A stretch of 25,826 nucleotides of DNA, taken from NCBI GenBank assembly GCA_036258995.1, contig DATACN010000243.1, positions 1-25,826 of the forward strand, given 5' to 3'. Made by a program: the position numbers and the translations under genes. The notes under the pieces are model-generated. The model saw only the letters and a list, made by a program, of their open reading frames with translations, was not told the origin of the DNA and did no database searches. The stretch comes from Thermoleophilaceae bacterium. Its GTDB lineage: Bacteria > Actinomycetota > Thermoleophilia > Solirubrobacterales > Thermoleophilaceae. Below, one piece after another: positions 8,135-16,674 of the stretch (positions within the stretch are counted from its first letter, which is position 1; the number at the start of each line of letters is the position of its first letter).

Positions 8135-9662
8135 GCCGGCCCAGTCCCCTGACGAGCTCGCGCTCGTCCCGCCGCAGCCAGACCAGGTAGAAGGCGATCC
8201 AGTACGCGAGCAGGCCGCACGCCGCGGCGGCGAGCACGGCCCCCAGCGAGTCGGGTTCGGCCGCCAGCCGGAGCGCGACGAGGCCGGCGGCCAGCACGGC
8301 GCCGGTTGTGTAGGCCGGAAACCAGGCCTGCCGCGCAAGCTCTCCGAGCGACAGTCCGGAGACGCCGAGCGCCAGACGCAGAAGCAGCGGGAAGGCCAGG
8401 GCGAACGGGATCGCCGTGCCGAGCGCCGGCCCCTCGAGCCCGAGCTCGGGCGTGAGCGCCAGCGTCAGCGCGAGATTGGCGACCGCGACGACCGCCACCA
8501 CCCTCGCCAGCTCCCGGGCCCGGCCGGCACCGACCAGGAAGCCGGGCGTGACGAGCAGCGCCGCATACAGCAGCCAGTACGACGAGAGGATCGAGAGCGC
8601 GCCGGCCCCGGCGCCGTAGCGCTCGCCCAGCCAGACCTCGAGGATCGGCTCCGCCAGCGCGATCAGCACGACGCAAACCGGCACGATCAGCGCCAGCGTG
8701 TAGCGGCTGCCGCGCAGGGCGAGCTCGCGCAGCCGGTGGCGGTCACCCGTCGCCGTGTAGCGCGAGGCCGTCGGCACGGTCGGCACGGCCAGCGCTCCGA
8801 CGAGCGCGTAGAGCAGGTTGTGCGCCCGGACCGGCCCCTCGTAGCGCCCCACCGTGGCGGGGCTATGCAACGCGCCGAGGATGATCCGGCCAAAGGCGTA
8901 GATCACCAGGTTCGACAGCTCGACGACCATGAGCCACCCGGCGACCGGCGCGAGCTGGCGCATGCGCTCGCCCGTGACCGCGGAACGGTCGAAGGAGAAC
9001 GGCAGCCGCAGCCGCACCACCGTGAGCGCGGAGAGCAGGCCGCTCATCAGCGGCATGCCGCCGCTCAGCGCGATGATCGCGCCGAGCGACGCGTCGGAGA
9101 GGATCAGGGCGAGCATCACGCCGAGGTGAAGCGCCACGCCGGCGATCTCCAGCGCCGGCGCGCGCACCAGCATCCGCTCGGCTCGGAGGGCGTCGAGGTA
9201 GACCGTGGACGCCAGCCCCGCCGCCATGATCGCGCCGAGCCCGACCGCGCCGATGCGGGACTCGCGCGCGAGGTCGCCGGAGAGGATGCCGCCCGCGATC
9301 GCCAGGCCGGCGAGGACGATCAGGAGGCCGGTCACGAGGCCGACCGCCGCGTACATGGCCGCCGCGGCCGAGAACATGCGGCCACGCTCCCCGGGGTCGA
9401 CGGCCGCGGCCATGGCGCGCACCGCGGAGCTCGAGACGCTGTTGCGGAACACGAGCAGGTAGCCCGCCAGCGAGGCCACGAGGCCGTAGGCGCCGAGCTC
9501 GGGCACCGACAGCCGGCGAGCGAGCAGCGTGACCACCACGAGCAGGACGCCGAGGCCGCTGCCCTGCGCAACCTGCTGCAGGAGCGCGCCTCTGGCGAGC
9601 AGGCGCGCCTCGCCGGGGCCCGGCGGTCGTCCCTCCGGCTCCGCAACCCCGGGGCCAGGCAT
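8100..9662 (-). CDS. wzx: Second Wzx-type oligosaccharide flippase
   Basis: About 12 hydrophobic segments; LARRLSVPELGAYGLV, IILGAL..PATVGRY, PTASRY, ILEVWLG; in-frame TAG at 9675-9677 fixes the upstream limit. Confidence 0.8.
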   Translation of the reverse strand: MPGPGVAEPEGRPPGPGEARLLARGALLQQVAQGSGLGVLLVVVTLLARRLSVPELGAYGLVASLAGYLLVFRNSVSSSAVRAMAAAVDPGERGRMFSAAAAMYAAVGLVTGLLIVLAGLAIAGGILSGDLARESRIGAVGLGAIMAAGLASTVYLDALRAERMLVRAPALEIAGVALHLGVMLALILSDASLGAIIALSGGMPLMSGLLSALTVVRLRLPFSFDRSAVTGERMRQLAPVAGWLMVVELSNLVIYAFGRIILGALHSPATVGRYEGPVRAHNLLYALVGALAVPTVPTASRYTATGDRHRLRELALRGSRYTLALIVPVCVVLIALAEPILEVWLGERYGAGAGALSILSSYWLLYAALLVTPGFLVGAGRARELARVVAVVAVANLALTLALTPELGLEGPALGTAIPFALAFPLLLRLALGVSGLSLGELARQAWFPAYTTGAVLAAGLVALRLAAEPDSLGAVLAAAACGLLAYWIAFYLVWLRRDERELVRGLGRLRPAPARPGPR

Positions 9663-9671
9663 GGTTTGGAC

Positions 9672-9701
9672 AGGCTAGTCGCCCATGGTGGTGGCTAGAC
9701 T
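9672..9701. promoter_or_regulatory. Divergent -10 boxes: TAGCCT (-, 9672-9677) and TAGACT (+, 9696-9701)
   Basis: TANNNT hexamers in the 60-bp divergent gap; TAGCCT is 9 nt before the wzx ATG. Confidence 0.4.
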
Positions 9702-9722
9702 GCGCGCCGCAGGGGCACCGCT

Positions 9723-10559
9723 TTGACCATCGACCCCGCCCACCCTCGGAAAGCCGTTCCAGAGGGCGATCGCCTTCCGCTGACCGCTGTCCCGGTCCGG
9801 ACGCGGGAGCTGGCCGGGATCCCCATCGCCGTCACCGACTACGACGAGGTGATGGACGTGATGGACGGCATGGTCGAGACCCGCGAGCGGGGCTACTTCT
9901 GCGCCGCGCCGGTCCACGCCCTGATGGTGGCGCGCAACGACCCCGCCATGCACGAGGCGCTCGTTCGCTCGACGATGGTGCTGCCCGACGGCATGCCGCT
10001 CGTGTGGGCCGTCAACCTGCTCGGGGAGCGGCTGCGCGACCGCGTCTACGGACCCGAGCTGATGCTCCGCTACAGCCGCCGCTGCGCCGAGAGGGGGCAC
10101 CGCGTGTGGCTCTATGGCGGCCGCGACCAGGGGTCGCTCGCGCAGCTCGCGCTGAGCATGCGCCATCGCGATCCCGGCATCCACGTCGTGGGTGGTTACT
10201 CGCCGCCGTTCCGGCCGCTCACACCTGCCGAGGAGGACGCCGTCGTCGAGCAGATCAACGAGGCGCGGCCCGACGTGCTGTGGGTCGGCATCGGGGTGCC
10301 CAAGCAGGAGAAATGGATGGCGCGCATGCGCGACCGGCTCGAGGTGCCCGTGATGTGCGGCGTCGGGGCCGCCTTCGACTTCCACTCGGGGCGGATCTCG
10401 CAGGCCCCGTCATGGATGCAGGAGCGCGGGCTCGAGTGGATCTACCGCATCGCCCAGGAGCCCCGCCGGCTGCTGCCGCGCTATCTCTGGTTCAACCCGC
10501 TGTTCGTGACCGTCTTCGCCCGCCAGCTGCTTGCCGAGCGGGCCCGCCGCCGGGCGTAG
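9723..10559 (+). CDS. WecB/TagA/CpsF-family glycosyltransferase (GT26; ManNAc/ManNAcA transferase-like)
   Basis: PDGMPLVW, RVYGPELM, VWLYGG, GGYSPPFRPL, DVLWVGIGVPKQEKW, GVGAAFDFHSG, QAPSWMQERGLEWIYRIAQEPRRLLPRY. Confidence 0.93.
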   Translation: MTIDPAHPRKAVPEGDRLPLTAVPVRTRELAGIPIAVTDYDEVMDVMDGMVETRERGYFCAAPVHALMVARNDPAMHEALVRSTMVLPDGMPLVWAVNLLGERLRDRVYGPELMLRYSRRCAERGHRVWLYGGRDQGSLAQLALSMRHRDPGIHVVGGYSPPFRPLTPAEEDAVVEQINEARPDVLWVGIGVPKQEKWMARMRDRLEVPVMCGVGAAFDFHSGRISQAPSWMQERGLEWIYRIAQEPRRLLPRYLWFNPLFVTVFARQLLAERARRRA

Positions 10560-10569
10560 ACTCGGGCCA

Positions 10570-11802
10570 ATGGAGCAGAGCGTCGCCGTCGTCGGCCTCG
10601 GGCGGGTCGGCCTGCCGCTCGCCCTGTCGTTCGCGGACCGCGGCCTTTCGGTAATCGGAGTGGACCGCGACGAGGGCGTGCTGCGCTCGCTGGAGGCGGG
10701 CAAGATGCCGTTCTCGGAGACGGGCACCCAGGAGCTGCTCGAGCGGGTGCTTCGGCGCGGCGGCTTCGAGCGCACGACACGAGTGACTGATGCCGCGCGT
10801 GCCGACCACATCGTGCTCACGCTCGGCACGCCCGCGCACGTTCACCTCGAGATCGACGTCTCCCAGATCCGGGGCGTACTCGACGACCTGCTGCCGGTGC
10901 TGCGCGAGGGCCATTCGCTCGTGCTGCGCTCGACCGTCGCGCCCGGCACCACCGAGTGGGTGGCCGGGTACGTGGAGCAGCGGCGCGACTTCCGCGTCGG
11001 CGAAGACCTGTTCGTGGCCCACGTGCCCGAGCGGATAGCGGAGAACCACTTCCTCGAGGAGATCGGCACGCTGCCGACGATCGTGGGCGGCGTCGGCGAG
11101 GGCTCGGGCGCGCGGGCGGCCGAGCTGTTCGAGGCGTTCGGCTCGCAGATCGTGCAGACCACCCCGGTGCAGGCCGAGCTGGCCAAGATCTGGACCAACA
11201 TCCTGCGCTACGCGCAGTTCGCCCTGCCCAACCTGCTGATGATGAACTGCGAGCAGTACGGGGCCAACGTCTTCGAGGTGATCGAGCTGATCAACCGCGA
11301 CTACCCGCGCGGCGGCATGGCCCGCCCCGGCCTGACTTCGGGCACCTGCCTGCGCAAGGACTTCGCCTTCTCGGAGGAGCGCTCCTCGGCGCCGGGAACG
11401 CTGCTGGCCGTCTCGCGCGTGCACGAGACCGTGCCGCTGTTCCTGGTCGAGGGGCTCAAGCGGCGGCTGAACGGCACCCTGCGCGACCGCAAGGTGGCGG
11501 TGCTGGGGCTCACCTTCAAGCGCGACTCCGACGACCCGCGCGACTCGCTCTCCTTCAAGCTCGTTCGCCTGCTCGAGCGCGAGCTCGCGCACGTCGCCCG
11601 CCACGATCCCCACCTGCCGGCCGAGTCCGACCCGCTCGATTCCGCGCTCGAGGGCGCCGACGCCGTGATCGTCGCCACCGACCACACCGAGTTCGAGGGG
11701 CTCGCTCGCAGGCTGCCCGCCGGCGCGCTGCTCGTCGACCCGTGGAACGTGACCGGGGTGGGCCGCGTCTTCGCCACCCAGGACGAGCTGGTCACCACGT
11801 GA
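10570..11802 (+). CDS. UDP-glucose/GDP-mannose dehydrogenase family nucleotide-sugar dehydrogenase (WecC-like)
   Basis: ATG 10570; VVGLGRVGLPLA, LRSTVAPGTT, PERIAE, AELAKIWTNILRY, catalytic Cys in PGLTSGTCLRKD, LGLTFKRDSDDPRDS. Confidence 0.92.
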   Translation: MEQSVAVVGLGRVGLPLALSFADRGLSVIGVDRDEGVLRSLEAGKMPFSETGTQELLERVLRRGGFERTTRVTDAARADHIVLTLGTPAHVHLEIDVSQIRGVLDDLLPVLREGHSLVLRSTVAPGTTEWVAGYVEQRRDFRVGEDLFVAHVPERIAENHFLEEIGTLPTIVGGVGEGSGARAAELFEAFGSQIVQTTPVQAELAKIWTNILRYAQFALPNLLMMNCEQYGANVFEVIELINRDYPRGGMARPGLTSGTCLRKDFAFSEERSSAPGTLLAVSRVHETVPLFLVEGLKRRLNGTLRDRKVAVLGLTFKRDSDDPRDSLSFKLVRLLERELAHVARHDPHLPAESDPLDSALEGADAVIVATDHTEFEGLARRLPAGALLVDPWNVTGVGRVFATQDELVTT

Positions 11803-12761
11803 GGCGCGTGCTGGTCACGGGCGGCGCCGGCACGATCGGCGCGGCCCTCGTCCGGCGCCTGGTGCGCGACCCCGAGTTCGAGGTGCGCGTCTCCGACCAG
11901 CGCCCGGCGCCCGGCTGGATGCGCGAGTCCTGCGAGGTGCACACCGGGGACCTGCGCGACCTCGACGACGCGCGCGAGGCTGCACACGGATGCACCCACG
12001 TGATCCACCTGGCGGCGATCGTCGGCGGCATTGCCAATTTCCATCGGCTGCCGCACACGCTGCTCGAGGTCAACAACGCGCTCTACAACGCGGTCTTCAG
12101 GGCGGCTCTCGAGGAGCGCGTCGAGCGGCTCGTGTACGTGTCGTCGTCGATGGTCTTCGAGCGCGCCACCGAGTTCCCGACCACCGAGGCGCACCTGCAC
12201 GACTGCCCCGCGCCTCGCTCCGCGTACGGGTTCTCGAAGCTCGCCGGCGAGGTCTACTGCCGCGCGCTTCACGACGAGCACGGCCTGCCGTTCGCCATCT
12301 GCCGCCCGTTCAACGCCTACGGCCCCGGCGAGCTGCCGGACGCCGAGCCGGGGATCGCGCACGCGGTGCCCGACCTGATCCGCAAGGCGCTGGCCGGCCA
12401 GCGGCCGCTCGAGATCTTCGGCTCGGGCGAGCAGACGCGCACGCTCACGCACGTGGACGACATCGCCGACGGGATCGCCACCACGGCGGTGCACCCAGCC
12501 GCGGCGAACGAGGACTTCAACGTCTCGGCCTCGCGCGAGCTGTCCGTGGCCGAGATCGCCCGGATCGTGTGGGAGGCCTGCGGCAACGACCCGGCCGACT
12601 TCGAGCTGCGCCACCTGCCGAGCTTCGAGGTCGACGTGCAGCGCCGCTGGCCGTCGGTGGACAAGGCCCGCCGGCTGCTCGGCTGGGAGGCCCGGATCGA
12701 GGTCGAGGAGGGCATCGCCTCCACCGTCGAGTGGCTGCGCGAGCAGGAGCTCGTGAGCTGA
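11799..12761 (+). CDS. NAD-dependent epimerase/dehydratase (extended SDR)
   Basis: GTG 11799 overlaps upstream TGA; VLVTGGAGTIG, HLAAIVGGI, YVSSSMV, AYGFSK (YxxxK), RPFNAYGPGE, GSGEQTRTLTHVDD. Confidence 0.92.
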   Translation: MRRVLVTGGAGTIGAALVRRLVRDPEFEVRVSDQRPAPGWMRESCEVHTGDLRDLDDAREAAHGCTHVIHLAAIVGGIANFHRLPHTLLEVNNALYNAVFRAALEERVERLVYVSSSMVFERATEFPTTEAHLHDCPAPRSAYGFSKLAGEVYCRALHDEHGLPFAICRPFNAYGPGELPDAEPGIAHAVPDLIRKALAGQRPLEIFGSGEQTRTLTHVDDIADGIATTAVHPAAANEDFNVSASRELSVAEIARIVWEACGNDPADFELRHLPSFEVDVQRRWPSVDKARRLLGWEARIEVEEGIASTVEWLREQELVS

Positions 12762-12768
12762 GCGGGCG

Positions 12769-13683
12769 GTGAGCGGCCAGGCGCTCGTCACGGGCGGCGG
12801 CGGGTTCGCGGGCCGGCACCTGGTGGAGGAGCTGCGCTCGCGCGGGGAGGATCCGGTCGCCCCGCCGCGGTCCGAGCTGGACCTGCTGGACGCCGACGCC
12901 GTGCGCGAGGCCGTGGCGAGGTTGCGGCCGCGGGCGGTCTTCCACCTGGCCGCGCACGCCTCGGTCCCCTACTCCTGGGCGCATCCGCGGCGCACCCTGC
13001 GAGAGAACTTCGAGATGACGCAGAACGTGCTCGAGGCCGTACAGCTCGAGGCGCCCGAGTCCGTGGTCGTGCTGGCCGGGTCGGGTGAGGTCTACGGGGC
13101 GCCGGAGCGGCTGCCCGTGGACGAGTCCGCCCCGCTGCGGCCGCGCAATCCCTACGCGCTCTCGAAGGCCGCGTGTGACCTGCTCGGCGCGCAGTTCGCG
13201 GACGTGCTCGGGCTGAACGTGGTGCGGATGCGCTCCTTCAACCAGGCCGGCCCGGGGCAGTCCGACGAGTACGTCCTGGGCACTCTCACCCGCCAGGTGG
13301 CCGAGGCGGAGGCGGCCGGCGAGCAGGCCGCGGTCATCCGCCTCGGCAACCTGGACTCGGCGCGCGACTTCACCGACGTCCGCGACGTGTCCCGCGCCTA
13401 CGCGGACGCGGTGTCGGTCCCCGCCGGGACCTACAACGTGTGCAGCGGGCGCTCGGTGTCGGTGCGCGAGCTGCTCGAGCTGCTGCGAGCAGCGGCCCGG
13501 ATCGAGACGAGGCACGAGGTCGCCCAGGAGCGCCTGCGCGCCGGCGACGTGCCGGACATCCGCGGCTCGGCGGAGCGGTTCGCGCGGGCCTCGGGCTGGC
13601 AGCCGCGGATCCCGCTGGAGCAGACGGTGGCCGATGCGCTGGATTGGTGGCGAGGGGTGCGGGACGAAAGACGGGCTGGGTAG
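12769..13683 (+). CDS. GDP-4-keto-6-deoxy-D-mannose reductase (Rmd)-like SDR
   Basis: ALVTGGGGFAGRHL, FHLAAHASV, GSGEVYG, PRNPYALSK, RSFNQAGPGQS, LGNLDSARDFTDVRDV, PRIPLEQTVAD: Gmd/Rmd-like subfamily lacking the Gmd GQDG signature. Confidence 0.75.
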   Translation: MSGQALVTGGGGFAGRHLVEELRSRGEDPVAPPRSELDLLDADAVREAVARLRPRAVFHLAAHASVPYSWAHPRRTLRENFEMTQNVLEAVQLEAPESVVVLAGSGEVYGAPERLPVDESAPLRPRNPYALSKAACDLLGAQFADVLGLNVVRMRSFNQAGPGQSDEYVLGTLTRQVAEAEAAGEQAAVIRLGNLDSARDFTDVRDVSRAYADAVSVPAGTYNVCSGRSVSVRELLELLRAAARIETRHEVAQERLRAGDVPDIRGSAERFARASGWQPRIPLEQTVADALDWWRGVRDERRAG

Positions 13684-13689
13684 GGGTTT

Positions 13690-13740
13690 GGGGGTGAGGC
13701 GAGTTTCCGTCCATATGGAACGGAAAGTCGCCTAACCCCC
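13690..13740. repeat. 51-bp near-perfect palindrome (REP-like / bidirectional terminator hairpin)
   Basis: 5' arm GGGGGTGAGGCGAGTTTCCGT-CCAT versus reverse complement of 3' arm GGGGGTTAGGCGACTTTCCGTTCCAT (2 mismatches, 1 indel), centred on CCATATGG, between convergent genes. Confidence 0.85.
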
Positions 13741-13747
13741 GGCGTCA

Positions 13748-13770
13748 GGCAGGCCGCGCCCTTACCTGCC
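13748..13770. terminator. Second small hairpin GGCAGG-N11-CCTGCC just downstream of the GT4 double stop
   Basis: 6-bp GC stem at 13748-13753/13765-13770; no clear U-tract. Confidence 0.35.
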
Positions 13771-13773
13771 CTA

Positions 13774-14925
13774 TTACGCGCCCGAACCGACCCGCTCGTA
13801 CAGGTCGAGCAGGTGGCTGGTGAAGGGAGCCTGGGAGTGGCTCGCGCGGGCGCGCGCCAGCAGCTCCTCCCCGTCGGCGCGGCGGCGCTCGGGCGCCTCC
13901 CACAGCTCCCGCATACGGGCCGCGAGGGCCGCCGGATCGTTGATCGGCAGGCAGCGCTCCGGGCCGATCAGCTCCGGCAGGCCGCCCATTTGCGTGGCTA
14001 TCACGGGCAGGCCCGCGGCCATCGCCTCGAGCGCCGAGTAGGGCGAGAACTCGTGATAGCGGGAGGGCATCACGAGCATGGCCGCTCCCCTCACCAGCCC
14101 GTCCAGCTGCGGGCGGGCGAGCCGGCCCACGAGCTCGACCGGCGCGTCGAGCCGCCGGCCGAGCGCGGCGAGTTCCGCGGCGGCGGGCCCTTCGCCGGCG
14201 ATCCGCAGTGGAACGCCCGCCCGCCCCGCCGCCTCGATCGCCACGTCGAAGCCCTTCTCCTGCGACAGGCGCCCCGTCGCCAGCGCGTAGCCGCCGCGGT
14301 CGGCCGCCGAGCCGTCGGCGAACGCGCTCGCCGGCAGGTAGTGGGGCAGCACCTCGATCCGCTCCCGGGGCAGGCCGAGCAGCGCGAGCTGGCCTGCGGC
14401 GTAGCGGCTGGGGGCCACGAAGCGGTCCACGGCCTCGACCATGCTCGGCTGATAGAGCGACAGCGCGGCCGCGTAGACAGCGGCCTCCGGCAGCGAGCCG
14501 CGGCAGTTGAGCACCAAGCCGGGCAGGGTCAGACGCCCGTGGCAGCGGAAGCAGGGACCGCCGTCACGCGAGGCGACGCCGATGGCACAGAACAGGCGCA
14601 CGTTGTGAAGGTGCAGCACGACGCGGGCCCCGGCCTCGCGCGCGGCCGTCAGGCCGCGAGGACCGATCAGGGGGAGCGTGTTGTGGGCGTGGAGGACGGT
14701 CGCCCTCATCTCGCGCACGGCGGCGGCGATCTCCTCCGGCCGGTCGCCGCCCCCGAGGAGCGCGGCCGCCGCCCTCACCTTGCCGGCGTCCGCGGAGCTG
14801 CGCTGAAGAGCGCGGTGCTCGACCCCGGCGTTCTCGAGCGCCTCGAGCTGCAAGGCGACGGAGCGCTCCTCGCCGCCCTCGATCCGGTAGCGGTTGTGCA
14901 GCACGAGCACGCGTGGGGCGGCCAT
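13774..14925 (-). CDS. GT4 family (GT-B) glycosyltransferase
   Basis: VLVLHNRYRIEGGEE, VLHAHN, GRLSQEKG, PSRYHEFSPYSALEAMAAGLPVIATQMGGLPE (Ex7E); ends TAA TAG. Confidence 0.92.
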   Translation of the reverse strand: MAAPRVLVLHNRYRIEGGEERSVALQLEALENAGVEHRALQRSSADAGKVRAAAALLGGGDRPEEIAAAVREMRATVLHAHNTLPLIGPRGLTAAREAGARVVLHLHNVRLFCAIGVASRDGGPCFRCHGRLTLPGLVLNCRGSLPEAAVYAAALSLYQPSMVEAVDRFVAPSRYAAGQLALLGLPRERIEVLPHYLPASAFADGSAADRGGYALATGRLSQEKGFDVAIEAAGRAGVPLRIAGEGPAAAELAALGRRLDAPVELVGRLARPQLDGLVRGAAMLVMPSRYHEFSPYSALEAMAAGLPVIATQMGGLPELIGPERCLPINDPAALAARMRELWEAPERRRADGEELLARARASHSQAPFTSHLLDLYERVGSGA

Positions 14926-14935
14926 GGGGTCGGGC

Positions 14936-14942
14936 TAACCTA
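14936..14942. promoter_or_regulatory. Overlapping divergent -10 boxes TAACCT (+) / TAGGTT (-)
   Basis: 25-bp gap between ATG 14925 (-) and ATG 14951 (+) contains CTAACCTAAC; no SD on either side. Confidence 0.4.
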
Positions 14943-14950
14943 ACCGGCCC

Positions 14951-15793
14951 ATGGACGCGCCCGTGGTGTCAGTGGTGCTGCCCACGCGCGGGCGGGCCCG
15001 CTACCTCGAGGTCGCGCTCGACTCGCTCGACTCGCAGGACCTCGAGGAGCCCTGGGAGCTTCTGGTGGTCGACGACCGCTCGCAGGATGGAACCGCCGAC
15101 CTGCTGCGGCGCCGCGGCGTGCGCTCCCTACGCCTCGAGCCGCCCGGCGGGCTGAACGCGGCCCGCAACGCCGGCGTGCGCTCGACGAGCGGCGACCTGA
15201 TCGCGTTCACCGACGACGACGTGCGCGCGCCGTCCGGATGGCTGAGGGCGATCGTCGAGGGAGCCCGGCGACACCCCGAGGCCGATGCTTTCGGCGGCCC
15301 GATACGCGCCCGCTTCGAGGGACCTGCGCCGCGCGGCTGCGGCCGCGAGGACCCTCCGCTCACGACCCTCGACCTCGGCGAGGCGGACCGCCCGGCCGAG
15401 CTGGCCTGGGGAGCGAACATGGCCCTGCGCCGCGGCGCGTTCGCGCGGATAGGCCAGTTCGACGAGTCGATCCACGGCGGCGGTGACGAGCAGGAGTGGC
15501 TGGAGCGCCTGGCCGCCGACGGGGGGCGGCTGGTGTACCTGGCCGATGCCGCCCTGGAGCACCGCCGGGAGGGCGACGACGCCAGGCTCGTCCCGCTGGC
15601 CCGCGGGGCCTACGCCCGCGGACGCTCGATGCGCGCCTACGACAGCCGCCGCGGGCGCGCCCCCGGGGTGTCGCGAGAGCTGCGGGTGCTCGCGGGCTGC
15701 GGCTGGCACACGCTGCGCCGGGCGTGCCCGCAGGGGATCGTCATGGGCGCGCACGCGCTGGGCCGCACCGTCGAGGCGGTGCGGAAGCGGTGA
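14951..15793 (+). CDS. GT2 family glycosyltransferase
   Basis: VSVVLPTRGR, LLVVDDRSQDGT, NAARNAG, IAFTDDD (DxD), WGANMALRR, FDE..HGGGDEQEW. Confidence 0.92.
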   Translation: MDAPVVSVVLPTRGRARYLEVALDSLDSQDLEEPWELLVVDDRSQDGTADLLRRRGVRSLRLEPPGGLNAARNAGVRSTSGDLIAFTDDDVRAPSGWLRAIVEGARRHPEADAFGGPIRARFEGPAPRGCGREDPPLTTLDLGEADRPAELAWGANMALRRGAFARIGQFDESIHGGGDEQEWLERLAADGGRLVYLADAALEHRREGDDARLVPLARGAYARGRSMRAYDSRRGRAPGVSRELRVLAGCGWHTLRRACPQGIVMGAHALGRTVEAVRKR

Positions 15794-16674
15794 CCGCGGA
15801 GCCCCGGGCCGGCGAGCCGCCGCCACCCGAGCTCTTCCTCTCCGGCCGCGTGGGCTATACCGGCCGGCGGCGGGCGGTCGCGCTGCGCGCGGCGGACCGC
15901 GCACTCGACCTGTGGCTGCGGGCCCGCGGTGTGCCGCGCGAGCTCGACCGCCTCGCCGGGAGCGTCACGAGGCGCAAGGTGCTCGCGCTCTGCGTATACC
16001 GGCCCTCGGCGGAGCTCCTGCCCGCGATCGCCGGCGAACTGGAGGCGAGCCGCCACTCGCTGCGGCTCGCTCTCGGGTGCGTCGGCGACGCGCCACCGGA
16101 GTTGGCCGGGCGGACGGTCGCGGCCGGGCTGGACGGTGGCAAGTTCCAGAACCTCAACCGCCTACTGTCCGTCGCGGAGCCCGGCGAGCACGATTGGCTG
16201 CTGCTCGTGGACGACGACGTGGTGCTGCCAGGGCGCTTCGTCGACCGGCTGCTGGGCCTCTGCGAGGCGCTCGACCTGGCCCTCGCCCAGCCCGCTCAGA
16301 CACTGGCGAGCCACGGGGCCTGGCCCGTGACGCGCCGGCGCGCGCGGTCCTTGGCACGGGAGACCGGATTCGTCGAGATCGGACCCGTCACCGCGCTACG
16401 CCGGGACGCCTTCGCCGAGCTGACGCCGTTTCCGGACCTGCGCTACGGCTGGGGGCTCGACCTGCACTGGGCCGCCGTTGCCCGCGAGCGCGGCTGGCGG
16501 CTGGGCGTGCTGGACGCCCTGCCCGTGCGGCACGAGCAGGCGAGCGTCGCGGGGGAGTACGGCCACCAGGCCGCCGTCGACGAGGCCGCGGGCTTCCTCG
16601 CTTCGCGGCCGTTCGTTCCCGCGAAGGACGCGGCCCGGACGCTGGGCGTGCACCGGCGGTTGCCATGCGCGTAG
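15790..16674 (+). CDS. GT-A-fold glycosyltransferase-like protein, DUF707-like, 294 aa
   Basis: GTG 15790 overlaps upstream TGA; GKFQNLN, WLLLVDDDV (DxD), LAQPA, TGFVEIGPV, YGWGLD. Confidence 0.7.
   Translation: MTAEPRAGEPPPPELFLSGRVGYTGRRRAVALRAADRALDLWLRARGVPRELDRLAGSVTRRKVLALCVYRPSAELLPAIAGELEASRHSLRLALGCVGDAPPELAGRTVAAGLDGGKFQNLNRLLSVAEPGEHDWLLLVDDDVVLPGRFVDRLLGLCEALDLALAQPAQTLASHGAWPVTRRRARSLARETGFVEIGPVTALRRDAFAELTPFPDLRYGWGLDLHWAAVARERGWRLGVLDALPVRHEQASVAGEYGHQAAVDEAAGFLASRPFVPAKDAARTLGVHRRLPCA

Noticed and set aside
13678-13699. G-rich run GGGTAGGGGTTTGGGGGTGAGG as a G-quadruplex
   Set aside because: Only three tracts of 3 or more G; it is better explained as the arm of the palindrome.
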